Assembly: GCA_965112155.1 (NCBI GenBank)
Contig: OZ218102.1
Reading direction: 5' to 3' (one strand)
Source: Podarcis liolepis
Taxonomy: Eukaryota
Length of the DNA: 64,000 nucleotides
Below, one piece after another: positions 12,106-26,219 of this stretch. The position numbers and the translations under genes are program-made. A model generated the notes under the pieces. The model was not told where the DNA came from. It searched no databases and saw nothing but the letters and a program-made list of their open reading frames with translations. Numbering within the stretch: position 1 is the first letter of the stretch; every line of letters begins with the position of its first letter.

Positions 12106-13929
12106 TACAAGGAACATGCACATCTTTCTACATTGTAATCAGGTGTCACGAGGCAAGATCATTCTTCTAGTTTCATTACATATTGGTTGGAGTCTAGTAT
12201 CAGCAAATTCCAATGCAGCCTTTTTTGGAGGGAGATGGAAATTTAGATTTCCTTCATTACTGAGTCATTTGAACTTCATCCAGGCTTTGGAGGGTGGGGA
12301 CTTCCTAAATACTCCTTGGTCACAGGGCATCTTATTCATTTCTCCTAATAGCTCTGTTGTTGTACCTTTTCTTCACTGTGCTTGGGTTTATTAGCTAATG
12401 ACATTTAATTAAAGTTCTCAGCGAGAGAAAATGATTTAAGTTTTGCTGTGAGAAGGAGCAGAAATACTGTAATGCTCTCAGCAAAGTTTGGGGGAGCAAC
12501 CATTTCCTTTGTTTGCCATTCAGCCAGTTGCTTCAAGTTTCTCCCCACCCACAGCCACTTCAAGCAAGCAAGGGAAGGGTTATTCCTTCCGTGATTTCCA
12601 CCCTTGCCTGGGAATTTACAGAGCTCTAGGGGATGTCAAGCAGACAGGTTCCCTTTTCGGAGAAAGAAGAAAATGCCTTGCGATTGCTTAACATAAAGAA
12701 AGTGATCCTTAGGCTCCAGTATTTCAGGCTTTGGGTTTTTTTGTTCTTTAAGAAAAATAACCCAGCAGCTCTTTATTGATTCTTAACAACTCACCAAAGA
12801 CAATCTGCTGGAGACTCAGCCACTTGCTTGCGATATTAATGTCTAAACAGATTACATAGGAATTCTAGAAAAGGGTCGTTTAAGAACTGCAAGGAACAAC
12901 TGTTGTACTACCCAGCAGATGCAGCGTCTAGGGCAGAAAATGGATACTGGCAGTTCCTGGGCTAGACTCTGTGTTTTAACATTTGGCCCCCAGGTTAACA
13001 AGGAAAGAGTGATGTGTGGAAGGAGAAACAGAGGACTTAAACAGCAGTCTCTGAAGGGTTGGTAGCAGGATAATGGCCAATCACCCTCCCTACCTAACTT
13101 CTAAAATTCCAAAGACCAGGTTCACATGTGAATATATATCCTTTAATTTCACTGTGCTTGATTACTGTGCACTTGAGGATTGAACGAAAACTAGAACTGA
13201 GCCAAAGTTTCTCAGAATACACATTTTTTCTAAGAAGATGGTCAAGATCTTTCTCTGCCCCCCCCCAATCCATTTTGCAGAATTCTCTGCCATCTATCAT
13301 GGTGACCACCATTTCCCCCTCCAAGCGCCCTCGAGCTGCGCTGGGCTTTGGGTGGGATGCAAATTGATGGCCAAGCTGCCAGCACAGTTGCAGCATCTGC
13401 AGCATCAGCAACAAAAAATATTCAGGGGGGAAGAGACAAAGAAGCTGTGCTAATGATTAGCCACACCCGCAAGAACAGTTGGAGAACTCCTCCTGAAAGA
13501 AAAATGGCAAAATGGTTCCCCCAATTCCTCTCCCCACAAACAGGGTGGAGAAATTCAAGATACGGTGAAGCGTTTAGGGTAGGGGAACATGTGGACTTCC
13601 AGACATTGCTGGACTCTCATCTCCCATCATCTCCAACCAGCAGGGCCCATAATGGCCAGGGGTGATGGCAGCTGTAGATGGGATCTAAAAGGTCACAGGC
13701 TCCCCTCCCCCCATTTTAGGCAATTAGTTCTTCTGGGAAAGTATCACTCCTCCCCACCTCCAGTTGAGATGCTTGTTAGTTTTTGGACTAGAACTCCTGT
13801 CATCCCTAGCCAGCAGGACCACAGTGGTCAGTGATGATGGGAATTGTAGTTTATAAACAGCTGGAGACCCAAGTTCGAGAAACACTGCAATAAATCAAAC
13901 TGAGCTGTTCAAAGAGAAGAGAGTGGGTT

Positions 13930-13930
<1 letters not shown>

Positions 13931-13977
<47 letters not shown>
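13931..13977. repeat. (TAA)n microsatellite
   Basis: About 15 perfect TAA units. Confidence 0.95.
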
Positions 13978-13978
<1 letters not shown>

Positions 13979-15138
13979 CATTTTTGACACATATCCAGTG
14001 GAAATTCTTGGCAGTGGAAAACTTAAAGAAATGAAACAGCACTCCTTTGATTTACTGGTGGGGGGGGGCAGTGTTGATAGCTATCATGCATGCAGGTCCT
14101 AAATAGTTCTACCTTTTCAGCAATTTTCTGGATTCTAGCTACAAATTACATTCTGGCAGTTCCCTAAGGAGGGCAATATCTGATTCCCCCCTTGTCCCTA
14201 TTATATAGCCTTATAAAGTTAACTTGCTACTTTTTGGCAGGGTTAACAGCCCTCTGACATATTTATGAAAACGTGGTATTTTAAAACACCGAGACCCTCT
14301 CCCTTGTCAAATAAAGCAGCAAAAGCCTCCCAAGTGGATCTGAGCAGGGCTAAAGTTTGTGTTTAATCTGTCAGCTTGTGTCTTGGAACATTTTGTGTGA
14401 GATTTTGCTAGTGGCTGGTGATGTCATTAATAAAGGAATGATAAGTATAAGCACATAACCACAAAGCCTGGCTTCTTGCCAGGGTTTCTGCTCACACGCC
14501 ACCCAACTGGTATTTGATTTAATAGTTTGTTTATACAGGTACCTTATCACAGTGCATCAGAGCTCTGTGTGTTTCATCTATTTTGCACAGTAGTAAGCTT
14601 TGACTGGCAGCACTATGACTTTTCAGAACTCACGATTCCTTAGCAGATCACGGACAAAATTAAAACAAGAACTGTTCTGCTGAAGAAAGCTCCACAGACG
14701 CAATAAACAATGCCGTCTCCTCCAACATTTGAGAAGAGGAAACCAGAATCTTGATACATAACCATTTCCTCTTACTATGTAAGAGTTAATGTCTCTGGAA
14801 TATGACAGTGTGACACAAGAAAGACTTCAAATACTGTCCTGAAAATAAATATTTGCAAGCTTTTGAAAGGACAGAGGAGATAGGACTCCAGTGCATCACT
14901 CTTCTATCCTTAGCCATTCCCTTCTGGTGGGGATGCCCAGAAGCATGGAGAAAGCAAGGGTCTGATTCATTATACATGGTTTAACGAGGATCAATCCCAA
15001 TGTATATGTATGCTAGGCTTGTTAAAGCAACTTATTTGTTTAGGGACAGTGGTGCGCAATGGGCTTGGTGAGGGGCGAGGCAGGACAGTGAATGGTAAGT
15101 GGAACCGGGAGTTATAATAGGTAGAATCAATGCTTAGT

Positions 15139-15290
15139 TCATAGAATCAGAGAATTGTAGAGTTGGAAGGGACCACGAAGGTTCATGTAGTCTAATCCAC
15201 TGCAATACGGGAATATTCTGCCCAATGTGGGCCTCGAACCCACGAGCCTGAGATTAAGAGTCTCATGCTCTACTGACTGAGCTATCCAAC
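15139..15290 (-). mobile_element. SINE with tRNA-Lys(CTT)-derived head and CR1-derived tail
   Basis: Minus strand reads TGGATAGCTCAGTCAGTAGAGCATGAGACTCTTAATCTCAGG...GGTTCGAGGCCCACATTGGGCA, fused to GGTCCCTTCCAACTCTACAATTCTCTGATTCTATGA. Confidence 0.8.
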
Positions 15291-15954
15291 TCTCCCACCC
15301 CCTGTCCATTTTTCTAACAGGTCCCACCCCTGATCTTTAGCAACAGTCTGACATAAGATAAATTAATGGCTGTTGCTAGGTATAAATTGCAGTGTGTTTC
15401 CTACACATGTAGCATTAGCATGCCCAGAATCTATTGCCTGAGAATGCTGCAATTGTAGGCACCTTGCACGTGAGGCTGTCTCTGTAAAGTCTCACACAGA
15501 TAATGTTTTGTTTGTTTTAACATTTGACTCAGATGATGCCTAGGTACGTTCAGTAATGGCTGCTAAGGTGAAATTTACAGGTGTTTGTTTCAAGGAAGGC
15601 TTACACAGCCGTGCTTATCACGATGTAAATGCAATTACCCTGGCAGCATTGCTGTGCAAAACAGCCAACGCGGTTGCTCAGCGCACGAAAACAGCTATGA
15701 GATTCAGTTCTCCTACCCACAGCAATAACACTGTGCCAGTTCCAGTAAATACAACTGGCAGTAAAGTTCGTATTATTGAGTATATACAGCATGTGCAAAA
15801 ACGAATAGGTTAGCAAAAGGGTACAGCTGGTGACTAGGAGATTGTATCTGTTAGTTGGAAGAACCTGTTTGACAAGAGGGTGTAGAGATTTCAGGGAGAG
15901 AAGAAGAAAAATACATTGCTTCTAAACCAGTGAGAATCTTTGAATTCCACATAC

Positions 15955-16083
15955 CTTGTCTGCATCGACTCCAGTCTCCAGTTGCTGCTTCTGTTTAAGG
16001 CAGATTTGCCCCACTTTAGCTAGGAGTTCATGGGGGTGAATGAAGACTCGGGAACTCAGTAGGAAGGTAAAGATATATGTCCT
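15955..16083 (-). CDS. RASGEF1A: RASGEF1A coding exon (REM domain)
   Basis: 129 nt, RTYIFTFLLSSRVFIHPHELLAKVGQICLKQKQQLETGVDADK. Acceptor tttccaacgcag|AGG, donor AAG|gtatgt. Not in the ORF track; read manually. Confidence 0.95.
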
Positions 16084-17592
16084 CTGCGTTGGAAAGACAA
16101 GGAAAAGAATAAAAAAAGGGTGTGTGAATGTCTTATTCTCAGGGTTAGAATCTAATAATCAGATAACTGGTATCATTTTGACAACCACCAGCCAAAATAG
16201 ACTAAGCTTTTGAGTTTCATACTAACATATAACTATGTTCTCAGAAATTCATACCAGCAGATCTTAACCACAGTTTACTTGGAAGTAAGGCCTGCACCAC
16301 TTATTTACATACACAGATAACTACATTTTTCTACAGATGGTGTGATTTTTCTTGGTTGCAGGCTGTGTAAAATTTGAGTCCTGGTCTGGGCAAAAGGTGA
16401 TATATAAATAATGATGATAATAATAACTACAAGGTGTTCAAAGCAGGTACAATGATTGCACAGTAGTAGTGGCACTGCCATAACCTGTGTTTCATTAGAC
16501 CCTCCTGCATGCTTGGCCCCTTCTGAATGTGTTCATTGTACACATTTTTAATGCCTGAGGAGGCCTGCAAATGTAAATAATTTTCTGCTTCTGTCTGTAG
16601 TGTTAGATCACTCCACTTCCACATGCAAGCCCTTACATGTGTCAGCCATCACATAGTAACCATGCATGTGTGAACCAAGCTTGATGTAAGTAAGACAAAA
16701 CTTCTAGTTTAGAGCTGCAGTCTTTGTTCTGTGTAATAATTTGTGTTTACAGTTCCCTCTTAGTCTGCACAGAGTTAGAGTAAGGAGTATGGACTTCCTT
16801 CTAAGAGAAATATGGATCTTTGTTCCTGGAATCTTTGTGAAAATGTTAAGAATCAATGGAACGTAATTCTAAGCAGGCATAGGATTCCCAGAGTAATCCC
16901 TTCCCCCCCAAGTAACTTCCCATGTAGTTAGTACCAATGCAGTTTAACCTGGTCTACTCAGAAGTCCTGTTGAATTCAATGGGGTTTATAAATGGGCTTA
17001 GAATTGCAGACTTAGGCTGGAATGATCTGGCGTACACCCTCAACTCTGAGTTTAATCTGAAAATTTCAACGTACAGACAACATACCGGTGCATAGCATAG
17101 CTTGCCAACAGTACAGTAGACATGTATAATTCGTGAACAATCTCTACCAAATTGCCTAGTACTGTGTACCAGTGCCATTGCTTGACAAGGTCAAATGCTC
17201 TCCATTCTCCAGACCCCTCATCCTCTATGCTTCCCTTGACTCTCCATCTGTCAGTGAATGAGGATTTCTCTCTCTCCCTGCTTGTCCTATGGTCAAAGCC
17301 ACAAGACCACCAAGGGAAATTTTATTTTTACTGACTGTGATTCATTCTCTCAAAGTTGTTGTAGTGCCAGAAAGCAGAAGATAACTGAATTTATTGTGCA
17401 AGGACTTTAATATAATTATTGTATGCAAGAAGTTTCTGTTTTCACATTTTTGCCTTTGGACTGCAGTGGGAAAATCCTAGCTGTCCAAGAAAAATATGCA
17501 TGAAAATACATAGTGTGGCAGGCAGTAGATCATGTCTAACTGCCTTGCCTCAGCATCACCTCATCTTCTTGTTTGAGAGGTAATATCTAAGG

Positions 17593-17682
17593 TAGGGTTG
17601 CCATAGATCCGGGCAGTGAAGTAGCTGAAAGCTCAACAACTTTTGTCTCCGGATTTTCACCTTTTTAAATATGGCAACCTTA
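17593..17682. mobile_element. Short hAT-like MITE
   Basis: TAGGGTTGCCATA...TATGGCAACCTTA inverted termini, with TCTAAG repeated in both flanks. Confidence 0.6.
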
Positions 17683-19094
17683 TCTAAGACCCCTTACAGA
17701 TGACTTGCTTATTCAGAATTCATCCTGATTTGTTTGTCAAGAGGTTAGATGACTTCGCATCAAGCAAGTTTTATCCCACACTTTCCAATATTTATTTCCC
17801 CATCATTCTCCTTATTGCAAAAAGTCCAATCTTGTGGAAAGCAGTTTTGTCACACAAAATCTCCATACGAGCTTTAACTGTGCAACCTGAATGTGCCAGT
17901 ATGCTACTGAATACCACCTAAAAACAGCAGCCATTTGGAAGTGCCCTACCTGTCAATTAAATCACTAGAGACAATGTGCATGGGTCTGATAATACGCAAA
18001 TAAATCCTGTAGGGTTTTTTGTTTTTTCCCTTCAAGGCTACGGTGGTCAAGCCAACTATTTGGGTAGTGGCTGCAGGATCCATGATTCATACAAGTGTGC
18101 ATTTGTGATTAGGCCACAGCCTTTGAAGATAGTTAAGGTAATGTTGAAATGTTCCCTTTGAAAATCCTACATATTTTATGTATCAGCTCACATGCTGTGT
18201 ACCAGTCACATAGTGTATTTTCTCCCACCTCTTTTAACAGCAGCTGAGTACTAGAACAGAAGTAGATGAATCTCCTTAAATCTGCAGAACAGAATATAAC
18301 GCTTCTCTTCCCCTCTCTCCATCTTATTGCCAGAGATGAGCAGCTAACATTTGCAAAATATATGACCATTTATTTTTATAGAAAACCCCATCATACATTA
18401 CATTTTAATGCCTAGCTGAGTGAATCCATCATGTTAATGCAGAACTTATGATCTATGGAAGAATTACTAAGATCTTAAACTCGCTTGAGGACAGATGAAT
18501 TATCAATAGCTGGGGCAACATATGTTCAGAGGTCTGGAACTCATCACAGTAGAAGGGAGTGGAGCACGAAGGAAGCATGACCGATAGAACATTAATATGA
18601 GGTTGGAGAAGGCTATGTGCACTGGGTTTCATGATGTTCAGAATGCCTGTTTAGTTTGGGAGACAAACGACCTATGTCCAGTTATGTTATGACTTTAACC
18701 TTAAAAAAACAACAGACTGGTGTAGTTCCCCACCCCCTTGATTTAGGCCTACTTTATATATGCCCTTGCAGCTTCTATGTGGCCAGGAACCCACAACTGT
18801 TCCCAAGTGGAAGCAGAAGTGGTATGGGATATAATCACACCATCTTGCTTCTCTAAATGTTCTCTGCAGATGTTCCCACTTCTGTGTGGGATTCTGCCAT
18901 TTAGAGAGGGTAAGTGTGGGCTGTTGCCTGTCTCACATGTGTATTTCAGCTCACGTGATTGCTCCTTAGGAACATCTATATCTCAAGTTCTTCGCTACAG
19001 TCATTGCTGTTTTCTGATGCTAGTTGCTGACTTGTGGGGGTGGGGATGTTTCTATACTATTTGGAAATCTTAATTTTATGTTTGAAGTGACGGC

Positions 19095-19445
19095 TCAGGA
19101 CGGCAATACTCTGCCTCCATCATCTGAGGCCCTTCCATGTGTAGTCTGGAGGGTGGCAACATGAGAATGGGCCTTCTCTGTAATGGCTCCCCATTTGTGG
19201 AATCCTCTCCCCAGGGAGGTTTGCCTGGCTACTTCATTATATATATTTTAGGTGCCAGGAGAAAATGTTCCCCTTCAACTAGGCCTTTGGCTGATTAATA
19301 TTCTACAGCCATTTAAATGTGTCTGTGGGAAGGGGGAGTTATTGTCTTGCTGTTTTGTTTTCACTTATTTACTTGTTTTTATCCTGTATTTTATTCTGTG
19401 AATTGTCCTGAGATCTTATGATATAAATAATAATAATAATAATAA
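19095..19445 (+). mobile_element. L2-clade LINE 3' fragment with (TAA)n tail
   Basis: GGGCCTTCTCTGTAATGGCTCCCCATTTGTGGAATCCTCTCCC (AFS..AP.LWN.LP), T-rich UTR and TAA tail. Related L2 pieces near 3300-3420(-), 21150-21228(+), 32930-33060(-), 38190-38385(+), 55650-55760(-) and 61310-61440(-). Confidence 0.7.
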
Positions 19446-22400
19446 AGAAATATCATTGATTTCCTTTGCTGATATTTGAGAACCACCTGCAAAATGGAGC
19501 TAAGTTTGTTAAGCAAGTTTGGTATCTTTTTTGGGGGGGGGGGTAGCAGCTGACATCTGTTTCTTTGGTGGAAGGCTATCAATTCATTCTTGTTATTTAA
19601 TGCACTGTTTCAAGTTCTGATAAGTCAAAAACCTTTGACCAAAGCAGGAAAAAAGACTCATTCTCCAATCTGTCTGCTCACACAAAGATAGCCAAGCTTG
19701 CTGTGACAAATTATTGACTCAGCTGACAGTGACACGACAAGAGGGTACAGTTGTGTGTTTGCAAGTGATAAACGCTACACATATTTTCCTGTTCCCCTGT
19801 TCTCCTTCCTTTGCCAGCAAGCTGTACTAAGTGCAGAACTGGATGTAATATACAAAGAAGGTGGCCCTGCAGTTTGAATTGTGTCCCCCAAGCTTCCAGT
19901 TCAAGTGAACACCTACCCTGACATTACAATGAGCCTTCCCCCCCCCACCTCACTTTATATAACTGCTTGATGGGACAAAAACACACACATTGTAATGATG
20001 TCAGGACACAATGTAAATTGAAGCAAACATTACAGAACATGAACTTGAAGATAGCACGCCCATGTTGAGTTCATGTTCCATCTTCTCTGCAACAAAGTTG
20101 CTGGACTCCATCACCCCAGCCAGAGTGGCCAGAGATGGAGGCAGTTAAAAGTCCAGCAACAAGAGGGCCAGAGGTTCCCTGTTTCTCTTGTATGGAGTAG
20201 ATTTACTTTCTCTGTGATGGCACAGAATTCCAACAAGCATTTATCAGAGATGGTATCTGTGTTATGGTTGTCATTGGTAAAACATTGGGTTGGAACGCAC
20301 GCTAAGTTGGTCAAACTTAGTTCCCACTGAAACCAATGGGACTCACATCTTGTCTAATCTGTCCCAGTGAGGGCTAGGTTCAACTAACAGTCTGGAACCA
20401 ACCCACAGTCCGCAATTGCCTTTGAGGGAGCTGCTGGGGGTGCTTATTTAAAATGTTGTTACTCGCGTACATATATGTTGACTGGAGTTCCTTGCCTTTC
20501 ATCTCTCTGTCTCCCACCCTGCTCCTGGGCACCTGCAATTTAAACCCAGACTGAGTATTTCACAAGAATATTGTGAGCAGTTTGCTGACTTTTAACGCAA
20601 AACTGAAGAGCAGCTGTGTGAGCAGAGGAAAGGCTGGGGCGGGGGTACTTAATCCTTCCCCCTCCTGCTGCTGGTTGCTTAGAAATAACCTCCCTGGACT
20701 GTTTAACTTTCTGCAGAGGAAAAGATGTGGGGACTCCATATATTTCCCCCTGGGAGCAAGACAACAACTTGGTGTGGGACTGGTTTTGAGCAGGAAAGGT
20801 TAAGCTGCCCCCTCTTCAGCTCACAACTGCAGCTTCCAAGGCTGCTTCTCCATAAACAGCAACAAACGATCAGGAGGCTGTTTATATCTCCCATGTTTTG
20901 CCCTTGAAACCTTGAGGTGGCCCTGGGAAGAGCTTGGACAGATGCATTTTGATTCTAGAGCACATGTTTGCAACCATACATACGTGGGCCTCAGTTATTT
21001 CCACTCCCATCTCCTGTCTCCAAACCAACATATTATGATACTGAAAGATCAACATCTTTCCTCTTGCTGCTATTATGCAATGAGCACAACCAGTTTCGCT
21101 GAGCGATTAAACATTCTCACGTTTGTTTGTTTTTAAGAGGAAATTGTTGTAGTTGGTCAGCTACAGAGTGGCTGGGAAACTCAGCCAGATGGGCGGGGTA
21201 TAAACAATAAATTATTATTATTATTATACCCTGCTTCTGAAGCCAGAGCAAGACAGGCATGCTGCTGTGGAGTTAATGGATGCAACATTGTGATGGAAAG
21301 TCTTCGGCAAAATCTGAGTGGGGGAAAAGAGCCTTAGGCTCTTCCTTGATCTGCAAATAAGGGTGCTGCAAGACTGTTCCTCGTTTCCATCTGTCAAATG
21401 TTGGAGGGAATGAAAGGGAAAATGGACAGGTGTGGCTATAGTCCTTCATGGTAGTGTGCCAATTGCCTGCTGCTTTGTGCTGCCTCCATTCCAACTCTTG
21501 AAGTTAGGAAGAACTGAAAGAGGTTTATCTTGGAAAACTGAATAAATTCCCCCTTCACTCTACTGGAGAAAACCAGTAACAGTGGTGTTGGCGTATGTCA
21601 CGCAAAAGTTTTTGCTACATGTGTCAGTGCAAAGAATCTGACATGTAAGCAGCTCTGCCCTGTCAGTGACCCTTCTTCCAACAAGCTAGGCCACATTCTT
21701 CTGAGGACAGCATGTTATAATTCAGTCCCCTGCACTAAGTCTAGTTTGGGACTCTATTCTGAACAGTCTGCATAAAGCAGGAAATTGCTGTCTAAAGCTG
21801 AGATAACTCCAGTCCGAATGCTGGCTTTTCAAATGCTGTGGGATGGGAGCCATGAATAACAAAGGCTGTCAATACAGACAGGGCCACCAATTTCTCCATT
21901 TATCACAATCAAGAAGGTTGTCTAAGGCATCAGACTCCGAGGTTCACTAGGGAATCATGAAAATATTTTAATACCTTTACATTTTAAGAATTTGTTTATA
22001 TTATTAGCCACCTTGTTTGCCGAGAAAGATCAAATTGTGTGTGTGGGGGGGGGGGGGTTAATTTATTTTTTACACTGTACATTCAGAAGACATAAATCCC
22101 AAACAAACACAACCCATATTACTAGGTTTGGAAGGAATATTCCATTCTCAGAAATGCAGGGGGCCTCCGTTGATATAAAAGACTCCTTCTTGCAGAGAGT
22201 TACCTTCCACAAGTTGGTAGGTGAGAAAAATGGTCAAAGCGTTTACGCTGTTCTAATATACTTCCACCTGCTGCTCTCCTGCCATATGTTTGCACTGTTT
22301 TCTTCATAATGCCGCAAGAGATCTTGCATGTCTGGGAGAATGATTCTAACCTAACCTTTGCTTCTACAGGTTAGTGTCTAACGTGCAGTGTTTGTGTATG

Positions 22401-25400
22401 TGTGTTGTGGGAGAAACCATTCAAACATACTCCGTCCCTTATTATCACCTGCAGTCTAAAATAGCACAAGTCTAGTCTAGTAACAATTTTTCAGCCTCAA
22501 TTACTGTTTGTGTAGGCCAGAGGTTTCACTGTCTCTGGGAGTGGTTCTGCATTTGAGACCAACGTGTTTTGTTTCTCGTGGACAAAAGGTTTGCAAAACA
22601 AGAAGCTACAGAGGCCTATGTGGCATTTCCCCAGTGTTCAGAAGATGGGGAAATACCTGGGGAAAACCAGGACTAAACACTTCTGCGGGGGGGGGGGCAG
22701 CCTCCATGCAAATAGTCACAAGTTTATGAGCTAGAATGTCGGGTTAGATACAAGAAACTCAGGTTCAAATTCCCATTTGGCTATGAAGGGGCAAGTCCAG
22801 TATCTCTTAGCGAAACCTTCCTGGCACTGTTGTTGTGAAGCAGAAATTCCGCACTGAGCTCCTTTGTAAGAAAGTCAATTATACCAAATATAAATTGGGT
22901 GCAATCTGTTCCTGGAGTTGCGCCTGCTCAGAATGCTTGGTAGGGAGCAATGCCTGGAAAGCACCCCAAAATTCAATGTCTTTTCCTTAATGTGTTAACT
23001 TCCAATGTGCAGAGAGGCTTTTATGCGGGGAATACTTTACAGCTGAGCCCTCCCACACACAGTCTGGAGAGAGACACTTCTCTGAAAAGGTTGGCACACG
23101 CAGCGTCCCTAACGTTTTGAATAGGTTTCCATATGTTAAAAGGAAGCCAGGGAAACCGTTTAAGACACTGAGGGGTGGGTGGGTCTAGCTTTCACAACAT
23201 CTTTGATTGCATTCATGTGGGAGTGCGTCCAAACCTGTGCCTACCTGACCCCAATCTCATATACTGCCATGTGTAGGCAGGCAACAGTGTCTGGGAAGGT
23301 GATTTGAGACGTTCTGTACCAAACCCCTGTAAAATAAGAAAATCAGCCCACTTGCAATCCCGGTAACGGCTTTTAAATGTCTACAGTGAGGTGGCCTCAA
23401 ATACACTATCACTCATTATGCCAACGCTGCACGCAGACATGCTGGAAGTGTGGGTAATAAGGGTGTGGGAGGGTACTTTGCCCTTAGATAATCCAGTATT
23501 CCTTTACAGGGGGGTTAGGCAACTGGGAGCCCAAACCAGCATCTGAATCCCCCAGTCTGCACCCAACAGAAGCCCTGATCCCAAAGACCTCCCCCCACAC
23601 CCTTGTTAAAATGTGTTTATAGGAGAAGAGGTACTCAAGATTGGCAGATGCTTCACCCACAAAATACCACCGGGTGAAGCAGCCATCGTGCTCTGGCCCT
23701 CATACTGGTCCAGGGTGATGTATTGATACATCAGCCAAGCCTAGAGTGGACACTGCAAACTAGGAATGTGACCAGATTTGGTTAAATCCCAGTGGGCAGA
23801 GGGCTCAGTCCTGCTGGCTGCGGGGGTCTCCTTCACCAGTATGTTCCCTGCAGGGAATGTGCTGGCAAGCAACATCCCAACAGCCTGCAGTGGGGTCGGA
23901 GGGAGAGGGGGCAGACAAAGTGCCTCCTTTCTCCCTTGCCCCCTTTTGGTTAGGGTTTAAAACTTTAACAAAACATTAGGGCTTTCTCCCCCATCCCACA
24001 ATTGGTTTGGGGACCAGATCCATTTCAGAATGGAGGCGTGTGTGCCCAGCCCTACTGCCAACTCCATTTTTGTGAGAGTGGTTCAGGAGTGAACAATTTG
24101 TTCTGGATGGAAGTCTGCACACAGTGAGTTGGAGGGAAGCAGCTGATGAGCTTATTTTAGTGGCCTGTGATTAATGTAATTTGAATGTCATTTTTTTAAA
24201 ACACTGCAAAATGCATATTACAGCAAGAGAACACTTAACGTACTGCATTCCTCTGCGTGTGCTTTCCTTAAAAAGGACAGACTCAAGCCAGCTCTTGAGT
24301 AATGATGTATGAACTTAGAAAGGGTGAGAGCTGAAAAACAAGTTGGGTTCTCTTCTAAAAGCAACCTACACTGATTTGATTCTTAGGATGGGGAAAAATG
24401 AGGGAAGCGATCGAGTTTGCAAGTGAATTTGCAGCTGAAAGTCCCCCCTGCCCCCGCTCAAAACTGCTTATGTTGCCTCAAGAAGCAGTTTCCTTTTTAA
24501 ATAGATTCATAGACTTCTAGAAAGAGGAGGCCTGAAATGAAAGTTGGATCCAGATGACCTGTTCATTATTGAGCATTCATCCTGATTTGTTTGCACAAGG
24601 TTTGCAGTCATGTTAGACGTTGGCTGTTTATGGAGCATTCATTCTGATTTGTTTGTGAAGAGGTTAAGCAAAGCAAATCTTATTCCAACTTTCCAGTGCT
24701 TCTTGCCACTTTCCTTATCATTAAAATCCAATCGTTGGAGTGGGGTGGGGACAGAGGTTTGTTGCATAGGAGCCCCAAGTCAACATTAATAGTGTAACCT
24801 GAATCCCACTCAAATATAGCAACAGTGTTGAAGCACGCTAGTTGAGGCTTTACAAAGGTTGCAGGTCCCAGGCTGTAAGGCAGAATTGTTGTCTTGTATG
24901 AAAAGCAAAAAACCCATGTATGCATGCAGAAATGCTGAAAGTCAGAGAGATAGCTCAACTTCCCCAACCTGCCCCACCAAAAAGGCTTGTTTTCTATGTG
25001 TGTGGAGTTTTACACAGATGAGACCATTCCAAACATTCACCAACCACTGACAACTATCAGTGTCAACCAAAACATCATCCTGGGCAGATGCCGGACAAAT
25101 GTTCCAACTTTTAGACACAGGACCCAGTTAATGCTAGATGGTAGCACCAGCCACTCCCCTAAGGGACTATTCAGATGCAGCCCCAACATGCATGGAGGCC
25201 ACATGCAACTATCATGATATTTTTTCTGTGCCACCATGGTTGTGCAAACAAAATGAGGCTGTGGAATCTTTGGGGTTGAAAATTACACCCCATTTAGTTT
25301 CCAGCAGCTGGGGAGAATTTGGGAGAAGGGGAAAACCCCATGAACCCTTGGCCCAATTTAAGATGATACAAAAGAAGGACTGGGGCCTTGAAACTGAAAA

Positions 25401-26080
25401 GGTCGAAGTGGATTCCTATAGCTCCTAAACTTGTTGCTAAGAGACACGCTTAATTGAAGGAGGGGTGGAGGAGAACAGGAAGAGAACACGTAAAAGGGAA
25501 GACTAAAATAGTAACTGTTACTTAAGGACCAAGAATGCAGTGATAACTTCTAAGGAAGAAGAAGAAAAATATTTCCCCCTTCAGCTCATTCTGTTCTATC
25601 CAGAATGTTTTGTCTGAATATTTTTCTGAAATGTTTGCTTGCAATGGGCATCAAGGGTTGCAGCTAAGGACATTCCATTCCTAACCTCCAGAAAGCTGAA
25701 GTCTTGCGAGTACGCATATTTTCCTGGGTCCTAGGCAAATGAAGTCCTGTATGCACAGAATCCTCTATGGAACTGTGTGTACCTCTTCTCTCTCCTCCCC
25801 CCCCCCAAACCACCCTTGTAGTTTTCCTGTTACCCTCCAGCGTGGTCAGAAGAAGATGGGGGAAAAACTTGTTATGCTCCAAGTGATCTTTTTGTGCCTT
25901 TCTGGAATTTGTATCCAGTTGGAGACATGGGTGTGGGACAATTTCTGCTTGGGAATGGTGAGGAAGTAGCTGGTTGTTATAATGGTGTGCTAAAATGGCC
26001 CCAGAATTTAATCTGAGCAAAGACTGCATAAAATCAACTTTTGTTTCCATTGTTAATTGTGTCAGTACTGTAAGGAGACA

Positions 26081-26219
26081 GCTGGATAGCTCCCTTGGTT
26101 AGAGTGTGGTGCTAATAATGCCAAGGTTGCAGGTTCGATCCCCGTAAGCAACAGCTGCCTATTCTCGCATTGCAGGGGGCTGGACTAGATGATCCTCAGT
26201 GTCATTTCCGACTCTATGA
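26081..26219 (+). mobile_element. SINE with tRNA-Ile(AAT)-derived head and CR1-derived tail
   Basis: GGTTAGAGTGTGGTGCTAATAATGCCAAGGTTGCAGGTTCGATCCCCGTA followed by GCATTGCAGGGGGCTGGACTAGATGATCCTCAG. Confidence 0.78.

Noticed and set aside
13851-14042. ORF with a poly-Ile run (and poly-Leu/Thr ORFs near 55454-56045)
   Set aside because: Artefacts of translating (TAA)n and (GTA)n microsatellites.
15219-15290. tRNA-Lys(CTT)-like sequence (also tRNA-Ile-like at 26081 and 6611)
   Set aside because: Acceptor stems are degenerate and each is fused directly to a CR1 tail with no pol III terminator, so these are SINE heads rather than tRNA genes.
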